From assembly GCF_006345805.1 (NCBI RefSeq), contig NC_043000.1, positions 153,884,001-153,948,000 on the forward strand: a stretch of DNA of 64,000 bases, in the 5' to 3' direction. This DNA comes from Octopus sinensis. Lineage: Eukaryota. Shown here one piece after another: positions 26,960 to 41,396 of this stretch (the first letter of the stretch is position 1; each line of letters starts with the position of its first letter). Below the pieces are notes generated by a model, which worked only from the letters and a program-made list of their open reading frames with translations, was not told the DNA's origin and did no database searches. The translations under genes and the position numbers were made by a program.

Positions 26960-27232
26960 ATAGCTGTTGTTTCATGTAGGCTGGATCCGGCTATTAGTCG
27001 AAGCCATTGTGAACATCTTGCCATCCCTTCCTGAAAAATTCTGGGTCGTCAGCTTTTCTCTCCCACACGGCTATTGAGAAAGACGTTGTACGATGGATGC
27101 GATTGAACTAACTGAGGTCAGGCACCTTCCTCTTCGAACACGCTTTGACGACTTCTTCATGTTCTACTTGAAAAGAAAGGGAGCTTGGAGAAGGAAATGC
27201 TTTCCTCCAATGACTTTATCTTATGGTGGATG
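26960..27232 (+). pseudogene. Decayed Tx1/L1-like ORF2 C-terminal fragment
   Basis: Frame-broken translation VVRWMRLN.LRSGTFL..HAL..FFMFYLKRK..LEKEMLSSNDFILWW resembles Tx1 ORF2 ends (recognition by eye). Confidence 0.45.
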
Positions 27233-27235
27233 TGT

Positions 27236-27618
27236 GGAGGCGCAATGGCCCAGTGGTTAGGGCAGCGGACTCGCGGTCATAGGATCGCGGTTTCGATTCC
27301 CAGACCGGGCGTTGTGAGTGTTTATTGAGCGAAAACACCTAAAGCTCCACGAGGCTCCGGCAGGGGAAGGTGGTGATCCCTGCTGTACTCTTTCACCACA
27401 ACTTTCTCTCACTCTTACTTCCTGTTTCTGTTGTACCTGTATTTCAAAGGACCGGCCTTGTCACTCTCTGTGTCACGCTGAATATCCCCGAGAACTACGT
27501 TAAGGGTACACGTGTCTGTGGAGTGCTCAGCCACTTACACGTTAATTTCACGAGCAGGCTGTTCCGTTGATTCGGATCAACCGGAACCCTCGTCGTCGTA
27601 ACCGATGGAGTGCTTCCA
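27236..27618 (+). mobile_element. S4 SINE, second copy
   Basis: Collinear with and near-identical to 16448-16829. Confidence 0.88.
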
Positions 27619-28040
27619 TGAACGGAACATTCATGCTATTTCCGCGATAATCAAACATATGTACAATGCAAAGCAACTGTTCATCCCTGATATTATTTCA
27701 TGAGCGCATAGATTTCTCGTTTTATGTCCGCATTTATCATTAAGTAATTATGTATATCGAGTGAAATTTTATTTTATATAAGCTATAAGGAAGAATACCG
27801 ATAATGTTCTTAATATAAGGTCGGTCATCGAGTTACTGATTTCTCCACGTGATGGAATTGAACCCCTTACATGGCGTTTAATGTGAATCATACTTTTTTA
27901 GGAATTGTTACCAGCTTACCATACTGCTTGTGTATGTGGAATTTTTAGTAACACGTATTAGAGCCAAATTGTTAATACAAATATATAATCAACGGGATGT
28001 GTGTTCCGAGCTATTTTCATTCTTCGCACACCAACTATAG

Positions 28041-28119
<79 letters not shown>

Positions 28120-29370
28120 GTATTTATGTATATATATATTATATATTCAATGCATACTAGAATACAACATAGATAATGTTATATATTGATATGCAATTTT
28201 GAATTTTAGATAGTTTTGTATGTACTATTATAAGTTCTAACACACACACACACACACACAAAACACACACAAACAAACAAACAAATACTCACAGCTGCCT
28301 GATTAAGTTGAGAAAACATTGATGATATGTATAATTCTCTTACAACAGCGATAAAACATAGAGCAAGATGAACCGAAGATGATGAGTAGCATCAATTCCT
28401 TATCACTACTTTAAGAAAGTCAGGTCTGACGCTGGAAGATAGTAAATATCGGAAAAGAATTATCAACAAGAATTGTCTCGATTAGAAGCAAGTCCAAGAA
28501 TATCAATGGCAAAACTTTAGAAAATATTGCTATTAAGAAGTAATGAAAGAGACAAAACCATACCGGGTCTCTATTGGTTGCTCGGTGAAGATATGCATAA
28601 TGTTGAAACGAAAGCAAATACTATCTTAGATTAATGTGAAAACGAAAGTAACAAAATACTACAAATTATAGTGATATCTAAAAGTGAAACTTGACTCCAA
28701 AACATTTCATGTTGATAGCCGGGGAAATTTATTATCAAACTGATAAGGAAAGCAGCTAAGGAAACTAAAGTAGTAGCATTATCATTTTAGGATACTCAGT
28801 AGTTCAGTAAATTTATCAACAGAAAAGTTACATTGTTCAACTTTCAATTCATGAATTTTTTTCTTTTGTCTACAATATCTATTTTATTATCTAGATATTC
28901 TAATCAATATTAGAGTATTTGCTTTTAAAGATTATATATTTCATCATCGTCTGCTGTATTTTTATATAAGGCCTTTTAAAATCAGATTTGCAAAATTTTC
29001 AAAATGCGTTGATAGCGAAAAGAAAGTGTAAACTTAAGTTGAAAGCAAAATTTGAAATTTTCTGAAATTTTCTGAAATGAATAATGAATATAGAGAATGT
29101 AAAATGTGTTAATTAACGTTTTTAATGGAATATTGAAATGGAAAGAAAATTGTGTGATCTTCATGTAAACGTTCTTTTTTATATTGTTAGAAAATCAAAA
29201 TGACAATGCGATATCAGAATATTTAAATGAAGAATATGAAGCTACTGATACACATCTACAAAAGAACAGACGACAGCGCAATTGGCAGAAACGTTTGAGA
29301 ATGAGCTTTACGAAATATAAAGCTGAGTAAAAAGTAAGCAACGCTTTGAAACATGAAATTTATTACAATA

Positions 29371-29762
29371 CTAGCAGTATCGCCCGGCGTTGCTCGGGTT
29401 TGTAAGGGAAATAACTATAAAGCATTTTTAGAGAGTTATAGCCAACAAATAGCAAAAAATGCATTAAAAATGGAAAAAAAATTATCGTAAATTTTTTTTT
29501 AAATCGTTGACTCATCGTAGACATTTTTAGAGAGTTACTTCCCTTATATTTAAAAAATATGCATTAAAATGGAAAAAATGATGGTAAATTATTTTTAAAA
29601 TCGTAGACTCATCGTAGACGCGCGCTAATACCCAGAAGGGCTTGATATGAATCACGACTATAAGATACCCGGTTTTCGTTAAACTGCACCGCAAAATGTG
29701 GGAGTAGTTAGGAATCTAAATCGGAGTAGACAGACACACACCCTTTCTTTTTTATATAAAGA
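29371..29762 (-). mobile_element. Non-autonomous Helitron, copy D
   Basis: Same termini as copy A and the same internal ~115-bp duplication. Inserted at A|T. Confidence 0.8.
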
Positions 29763-29789
29763 TATTTCAATAATGCGGAAATTTTATTC

Positions 29790-30860
29790 ATCAAAGCAAG
29801 TACCTTTCCAAGCAAGTCATTTTTGCCAACGAGTTGCCAGTTTGTTTATTCCGGTAATATAAATATATGGAATTCTGGAGCTGATGAACTCTTTGAACGC
29901 ACTCTCAGTATCGGTTTGATGTTTGATCTCCTCTCGCAGGAAACCATCAAGGTGTTTGAAATAGTGGTAATCGGTAGGAGAAACATTTGCGGAATAAACT
30001 GGGTGGGGAAGAACTTCGTAGCCAAGTTCCTCGAACTTCTGGAGCGTCATTAGTGAAACGTGTGGTTGGGTATTGTCATGAAGAATGATTGGCCCTCTTC
30101 TGTTGACCAGTCTAGGACGGAGGAGTAGCAGTTTTTCGTTCATTTTGAAAATAATTTCATGGTAATCTTTCTGCAGTAACGGTTTTTCCGGGTTTTAAGA
30201 GGTTATAGTGGATTAGTCCAGCTGTAAACCACCAAACAGTCACCATGTCCTTATTTTTGAAGAGCTCGGGTTTAGGGAAGATTTTCGGTGTTTCGTTTTG
30301 GTCCAAGCACTGCGAAGAACGTTTTTATTATTGTACAGAATCCACTTTTCATCACAAATTAGAATACGGTCAAGAAATGGATCGGTCTGGTTTCGGAGAA
30401 GAAGCAACGAGCAAATGTCATATTTGCACATTTTTTTATTTTCATTCAAATCGTGTGGTACCTATTTATGGAGCTCTTTTGATTTTCCAATCGCATGCAT
30501 ATGGCTGCAGGCAGTTTTGTAGCTAACTTGAAGTCCTTTTGCCAGTTCTTGAGTGGATTTACGTGGATCTCTCTGGTCTTTAATGATGGTCTTTAATTGA
30601 CCGTCATCAATGACAGCAAGGCATCCACTACGCTCACGATCTTCAAGGCTCGGGTCTCCACTGCGAAATCGTTTAAATCATTTTCGAGCTGACCATTCAC
30701 TGGTCGTTTCCTCACCAAACGTTTCGTTGATATCGAGAGAGGTTTCAGCTGCTTTACGTCCTTTTTTGAAGTTGAATAGCAAAATTGCTCGAATATCTCG
30801 TTTTGACAGTTCCATTTCAGATGATTGTAACGACGGTAAAAAACATAACAATGTTAATTT
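29790..30860 (-). mobile_element. Near full-length but disrupted mariner transposase
   Basis: ATG at 30815, MELSKRDIRAILLFNFKKG (HTH), DRILICDEKWILY, ILHDNTQPH, HPVYSANVSPTDYHYF, RWQK. Confidence 0.9.
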
Positions 30861-30873
30861 GACGGGACCAATA

Positions 30874-31048
30874 GCGACGGGACCAGTAGACTAGTCCTGG
30901 TTTCGGGCTAATTCTACCACTCCTCTGTACTGGACACGCCGTCTGCTAGAGATGATAGCAGCTCGCTTCTACATGCAGTATATACATATTTTTAAGTGAA
31001 CACACAGTGTCTTTCTTTGCAGTAAGCAAAATCTACTGGTCCCATCAC
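30874..31048. mobile_element. MITE-like element
   Basis: 17-bp imperfect inverted termini GCGACGGGACCAGTAGA / TCTACTGGTCCCATCAC, flanked by TA on both sides. Confidence 0.45.
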
Positions 31049-31338
31049 TAGAAAATGGTAAGGGTTCACTCCCCTGCTTGCAATTTTATCCGATTTAACC
31101 AGCTAGAGGAGCTGTTCTCTTGGAGCTACAAAGTCGCAGTTGAGTCCGCTTGAACGGACAGCCATGTTAAAGTGGCTACGAATATTACCTGTCAGAACAA
31201 CTACTGCATTGATCTCTTACAGAGATTTTAGAATTAGCATTCTTGCTTATTGCAAAATCAGCGACGGTGTGTTCGCTTGAAACAGATGTGGTTCAATTTG
31301 TTTGTTTGTTCTAAACCTTTCTCCATTTTTCTGATTAT

Positions 31339-31394
<56 letters not shown>

Positions 31395-31519
31395 ATACAT
31401 ACATACATACATACATACGTATGTATCTATCTATATATATATATATATGCATATACATACACATATATATAAATGTAAATATATATATATATATAGCATG
31501 AAGTTTAGTTTTTGATATT

Positions 31520-32400
31520 TGTCTTCAGCTGTAGTATCATTTTCACCTCAATTTCAGTGTCTTTCATCTTATCAGTTGCATCTGGTTATTTCTATAAGTG
31601 TTGGTTCTAATTTTCCCTCTCTAATTTGGCGTTCACCGTTTTAGTCAATTTGCCTCTTCTGATAATAGCTTTAGCACATTTGTCTAATCTCATACACATT
31701 TGTTTGCCTTGGATACATTTATGAGCAATTGTAGTATGTTTTCCAACTGGATGTTATCCAACGTAAACAGTTTTAAGTCATCCATAGTGAAGAAATTAGT
31801 TTTAGTTTGTCCGTAACATCTACAACTACAGTGGTGGGGTCATTCAATAGATTTCTATTAATGAAATTAAGGTTCGAGTGAAAAGTAGAAGGATAAGGAA
31901 CTTCTTTGAAAGATGCTTCATTTATCGACATGGGGGAAGTTTCAATTATCTTTCCTTTGCTTTGTAATCATGTGGCTGTTTTCCATTTTGACATGCTATG
32001 GGTGGTTTCCTCGTTCATCTTGGAGCTGTTTTATTTATATTAAATCTCACTATCATCCAGGAAAGTGTCATACGATCAAATGATTTTTTTTCTGCTCATT
32101 CCAAGCAATGCTACAATTTAGGTTTTTTTTCCAAATTCTTCTTTCTTCTGCTCAGTTTACCATGATCTGCTCTTTACAGTCATACATCCTTACCGGCGGT
32201 ATCCCGGTAATACGTTACTGCTCTCCAGGTGAGTAACCAATTCCTTGTAGAGTAAGGATATCAGAAATCTGTATGCTGTTGTCAAGCAATTTTATAGGCC
32301 TGCAGTTTGGTGATCTTTTGTGTATTTTGTCATTGTGTATTTCGTTGAATTTTTTCATGGCAATGCATGTTTTTATGAATGAATAAAACTGTGTGATATA
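31520..32400 (-). pseudogene. Decayed Dong-like RT
   Basis: NCRPINCL and TMDDLKLF..QLE..LDKCAKAIIRRGKL. Confidence 0.7.
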
Positions 32401-33691
32401 TAAGCATAAGATAGTAATTTATATACAAGTTGGTAAAGTTTTGTTGGTTGGTATAGTGTAATATGAATTTATTTAACATTTAGAAATTTCCAGAAGTGAC
32501 TCAACTGAGCCCCTTAGTAATAATTTCACCACAATCTGTTATCCTAAAACCATTAAATATAATTTTTATATTCATTTTTGTAATAGGATCTTAAGGATAT
32601 TAGGAAATTAAGATTCCACTTCTCATTTAAAGTTTTGTTTCACTTAAGTCAGTCTTAATTGTATGAATATATAATTTCATTTCCTCCTCTTATAAATATA
32701 AACACTTGTGGCAAAGCAAAAGTAAGTAATAAAAATCGGTAAGCCGAACACGTAACACTGTTTTTGTTCCATACTGAAGGTATATCATTTCACTTAGGTT
32801 GCCAAGATCCTCGAGAAAAACCATGAGCGTCTTAACTTTTTATATATACTTACCTAAAAATATACGGCCTAAAGTTCTAAGTTTAAAGGAACTAATATTT
32901 AACCGGATCTGCTATATGCATTATACTGAGGTTTGAATTTAAATAGAATTCTGAATTTGATGGAGAGTCACATATTTAAACTAACAATCATTACATAGCT
33001 TCAAATGGTTCATATCAATGAAAATCGATAGCTATCTATTTCTTTTTTTTTTTGTAAACATTCCTATCGTTATGCTACAGAAATTTGATAAATCACGGAA
33101 ACGACGATCGACATCTCAATCGTTCGCACCCTCTCAATCAGTTATTCTATTTATGTCCATAGTTAAAGTACTAGATATGGTTTGCGCTTGAGTATCAGCG
33201 CTAGAAAGTGCCACAGTATTTTGTAAGTTTTGAAATATTCGTTAGCTATCAGCGATAAAACTAAACCTAGTGTCAAGTCTGGAGAATACTCAACTAGAAT
33301 CTAGAAACGTGTCAGTAGATAATAAGAGCGAGGTCTCCCTCACATAGGAGTTAGTCATCTTTAGGAAGGAAAAGGCTTATAGATATTATGAATCTCTGTG
33401 TGTTATGATTGCAAATAGATGTGATAGAGAAGCAGTGAATGACGCGGAACTCAACGGTGAAGTCGAAAGACGACAATTGCTACAACAGCAATGATGACAT
33501 GCTACCATACTTATAGCTAATATCTGCAGAACCATTAGGTTTCCCACTAGGTGGGAAACATTTATAACAAGTACAGGTAACATGTTTGTTATAAATCCAA
33601 ACAAAAGTAACACTTTTATATGGGAACCATTTCCTATTAGATGAGGAAAACTTCACAGGGAAACCAATTTGAGCCACATTCAGATATAGGC

Positions 33692-34098
33692 GCAGGAGTG
33701 GCTGTGTGGTAAGTAGCTTGCTAACCAACCACATAGTTCCGGGTTCAGTCCCACTGCGTGGCAGCTTGGGCGAGTGTCTTCTGCTATTGCCCCGGGCCGA
33801 CCAATGCCTTGTGGGTGGATTTGGTAGACGGAAACTGAAAGAAGCCTGTCGTATATATGTATATATGTATAAGTGTGTGTGTATATGCTTGTGTGTCTGT
33901 GTTTGTCCCCCTAGCATTGCTTGACAACCGATGCTGGTGTGTTTACGTCCCCGTCACTTAGCGGTTCGTCAAAAGAGACCGATAAAATAAGTACTGGGCT
34001 TACAAAGAATAAGTCCCGGGGTCGATTTGCTCGACTAAAGGCGGTGCTCCAGCATGGCCGCAGTCAAATGACTGAAACAAGTAATAGAGAAAAAGAGT
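33692..34098 (+). mobile_element. S1 SINE, full length
   Basis: Collinear with 18449-18856. Confidence 0.9.
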
Positions 34099-34789
34099 AT
34101 ACTTTTGAACTCTACAGTTTTCAGGTATGGTTCTTTTTTAATCAATAACTAATTTAAATATCCATATGTGTATTAGTGACGACCCTTTTGTTTTTCTAGA
34201 AGTTTATTAGTTTTAATGTTGTTATTTATGTTAGTGTGGTGTTAGTCGTCTACTGCAGCTACTACACTACAAATAAGAGCAGTAACGTCACAAAAAAAAC
34301 GAGTATTTACATGAAAAACGTGATAATAATTGAAGCATCGGGAAATATTTAAATAAATTTTCTATAAACGATGTACCTTGAATGAGAACTCGGCGCTAAT
34401 TGTATAGGATGAAAAATACAACAGGAAAAGATACACATGTGCAGCGAACCATAGATCAGCTGTGGTCCTTCCACTCGTGCAGTACCATGCAAAAGTCTTC
34501 GGCTATTTTAACTATTGTAGATATTTACGACTTGCCGACTTATATTTCGCATTACGTTTTATACAGAAGAAACATTGACCCTTTTGGAGTCATTTCCATA
34601 CCTAATCATTATAGCTTGAAGTATTATAGTCTGATTGAGAGGGAAAGATACGAGACGACCACCAAAAATTGCCGTAAAAAAGTTTTCGGCCACCTCACAT
34701 TAAACAGTCCAGGTACAGAGTTTTAAACCAGAAAAATGTTTATAATGAAAATTTATTACATAATGTTCGTTTCAAAGAAGTTACTGTAC

Positions 34790-35085
34790 ATTGTTAATAT
34801 TTCGTGTGGCTTCCCTTAGTTTGAATAATTGCTTCAATGCACCTGGGAAGAGATATGTACAAATCCTTCACCATCTTCACAGCTATGAAATGCCATTCTC
34901 CGTGGCTGAGCTCCTATAATTCTTTAAGGTTGAGAAGATTCTTCTGGCGAACTCCTCTTTAGCTCTGTCCGAATTTGCTCGATGATATTTAAGCCAGGGC
35001 TCTGAGCCGAACAATCTTTCAGTACGGTAACACCTTCATCAGCCAGACTTTGTAGTGTTGCATCTGTGGCAAGGAGCTCTATCAT
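34790..35085 (-). pseudogene. Tc1-like transposase C-terminal remnant
   Basis: DRAPCH..., AQSPGLNIIEQ, SLPRCIEAIIQTKGSHTKY*. Confidence 0.75.
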
Positions 35086-36534
35086 GTGGCAAAATCTCTG
35101 CCGTTGCTGCCGCTATTATCGCTGCTGTTTATTGCTGGTGGTTTGTCTTAATACTTTTGCTCTTATAATTTGGGTTTTCTGTAGTTTTCCTCTTAACTGT
35201 TATATTTTTTTTTCAATAGTTGTATAGTCTTTTGTGCGTGTGTGTGTGTGTATGTGTGTGTCTGTGTGTGTGTGTTTAAGTTTAAAAAGCCAACAGGAAA
35301 TAATTGATTTTTACAACGTTTTTTATTCTATTGCTTTGTTTTATTTTGTTGTATGAATTGTTGTTGTATTTATGTATGCGCCTTGTTTTTGTCATATAAC
35401 AAGTTTGTTGTCGTTCTTGTGTAATTTGAGAGAAGAGGTATACTTTTAGTCGTAAACGGAAGGACAGCGTCCGTGACCCTTTTTCAGTGTTTCAAAAATG
35501 AAAGGTGTAAGGAAGGGAGTTATCTTTAGGCCTAAAACCTAAAACCAGATACACTTCACAGAGTACAACCAGCCACAACTCACGAGCGAGTATGACTTAA
35601 TGACATGTAACGTGCTTTCTTTAAAAGATTTTGGTGCTTAAAGTAAGACTAAAAACTCAAACGTAGGAAAACACTCCTAAATTGAAGATGCTCTCATTCA
35701 GCGGGAATAAAACTCAGGCAAACTAAATAAGAACAATGTCAGTTCTATCAAAAAGCATAATATTCAAATTTCCACATTACCTATTCATGACCTAATTATA
35801 AATTCAAATGACCGACAAGGTAAACACTCTTAACTTAGGTCAATTTTTCTACCAAGCTATCAAAGATAGTATGCTCCAACTTGGAATGCCAACAGATTGA
35901 GGTACAGACTAGATGCTGAACCAAAGACACTGATGAAGTTGACCTAGATTTCGTTCTGGGGTTGCTCATAATCATATGCAGCATTTCAAGGGTTTTTGAC
36001 CCCTGGGTAGTAGAATTCAAGTGTCTCTGGAAGACGGACAAATGAAGTGTATCTAATCACACTCAAACATTTTAATAAACCGTTTTTCTTTTATCTTTCT
36101 TCCAACATCACTTACGTCATTTAGTTTGTGGAAGGAAACATTAGTAACATTTTCTGACCACATGTTTCTATATGTTCGCTCAATGGAATTTGGCGAACAT
36201 TGATGATCCAAATTTGTTGTCTGTTTATTAAAACTTTCAAACTTGTTTTTAAAGAAATTACAACCAGGTAATGATGTGGTTTAAAATATATCGTTAATAT
36301 ATGAACATAAACAAATTACAGAATATCGGTACGCCTGGCAAACCGTGACGTTTAAGTTTCCAGCATAGCTCTTCTTCGGAAACAGGAAAAACAAGAAAGT
36401 TCAAAGGAAAAGGAAGAAGGAAAAAATCGCCAATAGTTCACGTGTAGTTACATTTTGAAGTGACCGGAATTAGAAGGACAAAGAGAAAATGCTTTCTAGG
36501 AAAGGAGAGTTTGAATTGGTCGGTATGTGTGCAA

Positions 36535-36765
36535 GGCGGCGAGCTGGCAGAGTCGTTAGCACGCCGGGCGAAATGCGTAGCCGTATTTCGTCTGTCGTTA
36601 CGTTGTGAGTTCAAATTCCGCCGAGGACGACTTTGCCTTTCATCCTTTCGGGGTCGATAAATCAAGTACCAGTTACGCACTGGGGTCGATGTAATCGACT
36701 TGATACCTATGTCTGTCCTTGTTTGTCCCCTCTGTGTTTAGCCCCTTGTGGGCAATAAAGAAATA
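36535..36765 (+). mobile_element. S2 SINE monomer with a 12-bp TSD
   Basis: GGTATGTGTGCA at 36522-36533 and 36766-36777. Confidence 0.9.
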
Positions 36766-36921
36766 GGTATGTGTGCATATGCGTGTGTGTGTAGTGACAT
36801 GTGTGTGTGTGATAGTGTCTGCACGTATGGTAGCGTGTGTGTACGGGATAGCGTGTGTGCGTGCGGTAGCAAATGTGTGCGGGGCATTAACTGTTTGCAT
36901 GTGTTTGTATTTATGTGAGTA

Positions 36922-36960
<39 letters not shown>

Positions 36961-37480
36961 TGTGTGTGTGTGTTAATGTCAGCAGCTATAGTGACAGGTG
37001 TGTGAATGGGTGGGTGTGGCAGTGTGTGTATGTGCATGTGTGTTTTGCATGTGTTCGTAGATGGAACGGTCAACAGTGAGTCAGAGCAGAGTTGTGTGAA
37101 TGAGTGCGAGTGGCTGTGCACGCGTGTGCGCGCGCTCGTATTGGCATGTGTGCGTAGACGGAGTGGGAATGTGTGTATGTGTGTGTATGTGTGTGTGAAA
37201 ATGTGTTTGGGTACGTGAGTGTGTGTGTCTCTCTCTGTCACTGTCTCTCTCTCCCTGTATATATATATATATATATATGTGAGTATGCACGTGTGAGAAT
37301 GTGTGTGTGTCTATGTGCGTATGAGTGGAGAAGTGTATGCATGTATGTGTGCATGTGTGTGTCTATCTCAGTGTGTTACATTGTCGCTCGTTCCTTCAGT
37401 ATACATATATGTGTGTGTGTTTGTGTGTGTGTGTGTATGTTTACCTATCTCTGTGTGTCACCCTGTCGCTCTCCCTCTCA

Positions 37481-37518
<38 letters not shown>

Positions 37519-37544
37519 TGTACATACACACTACACACACACAC

Positions 37545-37598
<54 letters not shown>

Positions 37599-37667
37599 GG
37601 AGTAAACACATAAATATGAAACAAGGTGGAAAAAAGAGTACTCAAATACCAGTGGTAGAGTAATATG

Positions 37668-37768
37668 CTTTATTTAAGGCAGCAGAAAATTCAACAAAAC
37701 CTGTTACTCTGAGTTTCACGTTGCCCGAGTAACAGGTTTTGTTGAATTTTCTGCTGCTTTAAATAAAG
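37668..37768. repeat. Inverted repeat: 42-bp arms, 17-nt loop, one mismatch
   Basis: 37668-37709 pairs with 37727-37768. Confidence 0.95.
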
Positions 37769-38024
37769 TATATATATATATATATACATATATGTATATC
37801 AACGATGGGCTTCTTTCAGTTTCCACGCTTGTTATTGATAAAATTTTTGTTCCTCTTGTTGTTCATGTTATTCTTTTTCTTGTTCTTGTAGTTGATACGT
37901 GATGAAATGCTTGGTGTTCCAACTCATAACATTTTTTCCTTTTTATTTTCTATATTTCCAATGCTTCAAACATTTTATATATGTTTTAGCATATTTTACG
38001 ACAGTAGTAGTAGTAATAGTAGTT

Positions 38025-38086
<62 letters not shown>

Positions 38087-39408
38087 TTTTTGGGGTTTTT
38101 TTTAATATTGTTACTAGTGCCGTTTTCAGTTCTCCTTTTCTTGTTTATTTTATTTTCCAATTTTTGTTAGTTTTATATATTTAACGGGGTTTTTTTCAGT
38201 TTTCTAAATGTATTTCTTGTAAATCATTTTCCTAATTTCTTCTATCTTTTAATTTAGTTTGTTATATTTGCTTTTTATTTTACTTTTTTCCAGTTTTTTT
38301 TTCTCTCTCTCCATTCACTTATTCATTTCTTTTCTTTTATTTCATTTATTTATTTACTTATTTGCTTATTTCCTTCGCTTCGGCGATTCAAATTACTTCA
38401 CTACTCGACCATGTTGACATATACATGACTTTCATATGGCATTACTTAAATATCTTTGCCTAATCTCAGAAACGTCTCCAAGAATCTTCCGTTAATTGGA
38501 ACAGTTTTTAAGAAAAGGTTGAAACATTTGAAGAATTCAGCCCCCTTCGCGTTGTTGTGGCTGTTGTAGTTACTATTTTTTCTTCTTGTTGCTGCTATTA
38601 TTGTTATTGTTTCTCTTGTTATTGCTGTAGAGAATTTGGTGGGTAGGAGATTTCATTCATGGCTGTTGGATTATGGTGTGTTTGCATTGTTCGTTCTAAT
38701 TGGTTGTTTGTGTTTACTTATATGTTTGTTTTATGTATGTTTGTACTTCTTAGTGGCGCGGAAGTGGAGGGGAAATGTCTGAACGATGATGTTTTCCCTC
38801 CAGGCCCTTTTATGTTGCTATATCACGTTTGATGTTTTGTGCAGCGTTGTGTATTGTTTGTTATTAGGGTGAAATGTATTGTTTATACTTATACATACAT
38901 ACATCTGTATTTATATGTATGTGCAGACATATACAAATATGCGTTTGAGTGCATATATCTTTATATATGCATGTTAGAGTATATATGTATACTATTCGAA
39001 AGTAACAAGGACGAAATAAAGTTAATGGTGTTGGGTTAACACTCAAAGAAATAAACATATATTTAACGTTTTTGCCGTAAGTTCTTCACCAGAAAGAAGG
39101 ACGACAGCAAAGGAGAGAAATACGAAACGAAAATCTTGGAACAATGATGTGATTGTGTGTGTGTGTGTGTGTGTGTTTGTGTGAGTGTGTGAGTGTGTGT
39201 GTGCGCGCGCACGTGATTCTGTGTGTGTATATGAACAATGATGTGTGTGCGTGTATATATTTGACGAAGGCAAGCAAGGGCAAATTTCGAAGTCTCTATC
39301 AATCCGTTCCTCGTAAAAGTTTAAGAAATATGTATTCATGCATATACATGCACGCACACGCGCATACATACATACATATATACATACATGCATACATACA
39401 TACATACA

Positions 39409-39442
<34 letters not shown>

Positions 39443-39468
39443 CATACATACATAGATACATACATACA

Positions 39469-39499
<31 letters not shown>

Positions 39500-40979
39500 G
39501 CGTGCACGCGCACGCACACACACAGACGCGCGCACACACATAAATATGTGAATATGTGCGTGTATTTATGTATCAGTCTGTACGGGCTGTAATGCATGTA
39601 TCAGTAAAAACACGCGCAAAAACACCCATACGCACACATTAGTTGGTACATTGTGTGATATATTTGTTTGGATGGATACAAAGCCACTACTTTAAGGATT
39701 ACATGCATGAGCGATCAAATCAAGCTTCAATTTATTGCTGATACTTAATGACGAAATCCAGAATGACTGAACCACCCAAGTATATTTAAAGGCAAAAACA
39801 GACTTTCGAAATAGGGTAATTCATTTTATCTGGCTCTCTGGCGTTTCTGACAAATAGGCTACATTTACCAAGCACTGTATGCACAACGGGTGTTTCATTA
39901 GCTTTCATTGCTGGAATCCATTCGTCTTGGCAGTTTCGAGTAGGCAAGACTGAAGCTTGTTTAGAGTACCTTGCCATCCAAAAGAAATCAATTATCATTG
40001 AAAGGTCGTGTCCACATGCATAGAGTACGCTGCCAGTTACTTGTCTGCTGCTATCAGAAAATGGATTTAATCCTAAGCAAATTACCAAAGAGAAGAAAGA
40101 AAAGAAAGAAATTTAGAATGTTCTACTGCCAAGAGAAAGAAATTCCTGCAATTTTATCCATTTTAACCCTTGTCTTAACAAAAGAAATGTACTTCTCATA
40201 ATCTATTATTTGGAACATAAATAAACGTGAAATATTGATGGAAGGTTTTAATTTAGATCAAAAATTCTCAACCCATTTTGGCCAGAGGCCCCTTTTGACA
40301 CTTGGAATTACAAATGCACCCCCCCCCCGAAAAGATTTAGATCATTTTACAACAGAAACGGCTCTCTCGGGTTGATTGGTGTCAAAAGGATTAAGCTGTT
40401 GATTGTCTAAATTCATTCTTTCAAACAACTAAATATAGACAACATAACTATATCGATTCTCTGAATTTTTCTCGAAACATACCTTTCCTTGAAATTCAGT
40501 ACAATTTTGGATTTAATTCGCTATTAATATAGACATTACTCATACCTGTACATTAAAAGCTTGAGAAGCAGGGAAGTATAGAGTTAAGAATTAGGAACTT
40601 TATTTCAAAGAAACAAAAAGACATGTGTATTTATAAAATAAAGAAAAGGAGACCATCTATTCCCCATCTTTCTCTTTCGCTTTCTCTCTCTATCATTCTG
40701 TTTTACTCTCTTTCAGACAGTAGTTAATATACTTTATTTAACATTAAAGATGTAGGTGCCGTTCAGAAATAGATTTTTACGTGCGTGAAGTACGCAGTTC
40801 TTCTTTCAGTGGAGGCGAACAGGGTAACCCAATCCCCACCTACTGCGAACTTTGACATACAGCAGTCGGAAAATGGATTTAATTGTAAACAAGGTATCGA
40901 ATAAAAGACAGAATAGTCAAAAAATATACATATACGCACAAACTCCCACACTCTCATACACGTTTGCACATTTTTGTAT

Positions 40980-41396
40980 AGGAGTGGCTGTGTGGTAAGT
41001 AGCTTGCTTACCAGCTACATGGTTCCGGGTTCAGTCCCACTGCGTGGCACCTTGGGAAAATGTCTTCTACTATAGCCTCGGGCCGACCAAAGCCTTGTGA
41101 GTGGATTTGATAGACGGAAACTGAAAGAAGCCCGTCGTATATATGTATATATATATATGTGTGTGCGTGTATGTTTGTGTGTCTGTGTTTGTCCCCCTAG
41201 CATTGCTTGACAACCGATGCTGGTGTGCTTATGTCCCCGTTACTTAGCGGTTCGGCAAAAGAGACCGATAGAATAAGTACTGGGCTTACAAAAAATAAAA
41301 AAAGAATAAGTCCCGGGGTCGAGTTGCTCGATTAAAGGCGGTGCTCCAGCATGGCCGCAGTCAAATGACTGAAACAAGTAAAAGAGTAAAAGAGTA
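40980..41396 (+). mobile_element. S1 SINE
   Basis: Full S1 structure. Confidence 0.9.

Noticed and set aside
28330-33550. Scattered protein-like stretches (~28400, ~29230, ~33300) as host exons or hAT remnants
   Set aside because: They contain stops, and only a vague hAT-like resemblance was seen. They cannot be assigned without a search.
35500-36050. Pogo/Tigger-like remnant
   Set aside because: Only a few residues resemble the CENP-B HTH, which is too weak to call.
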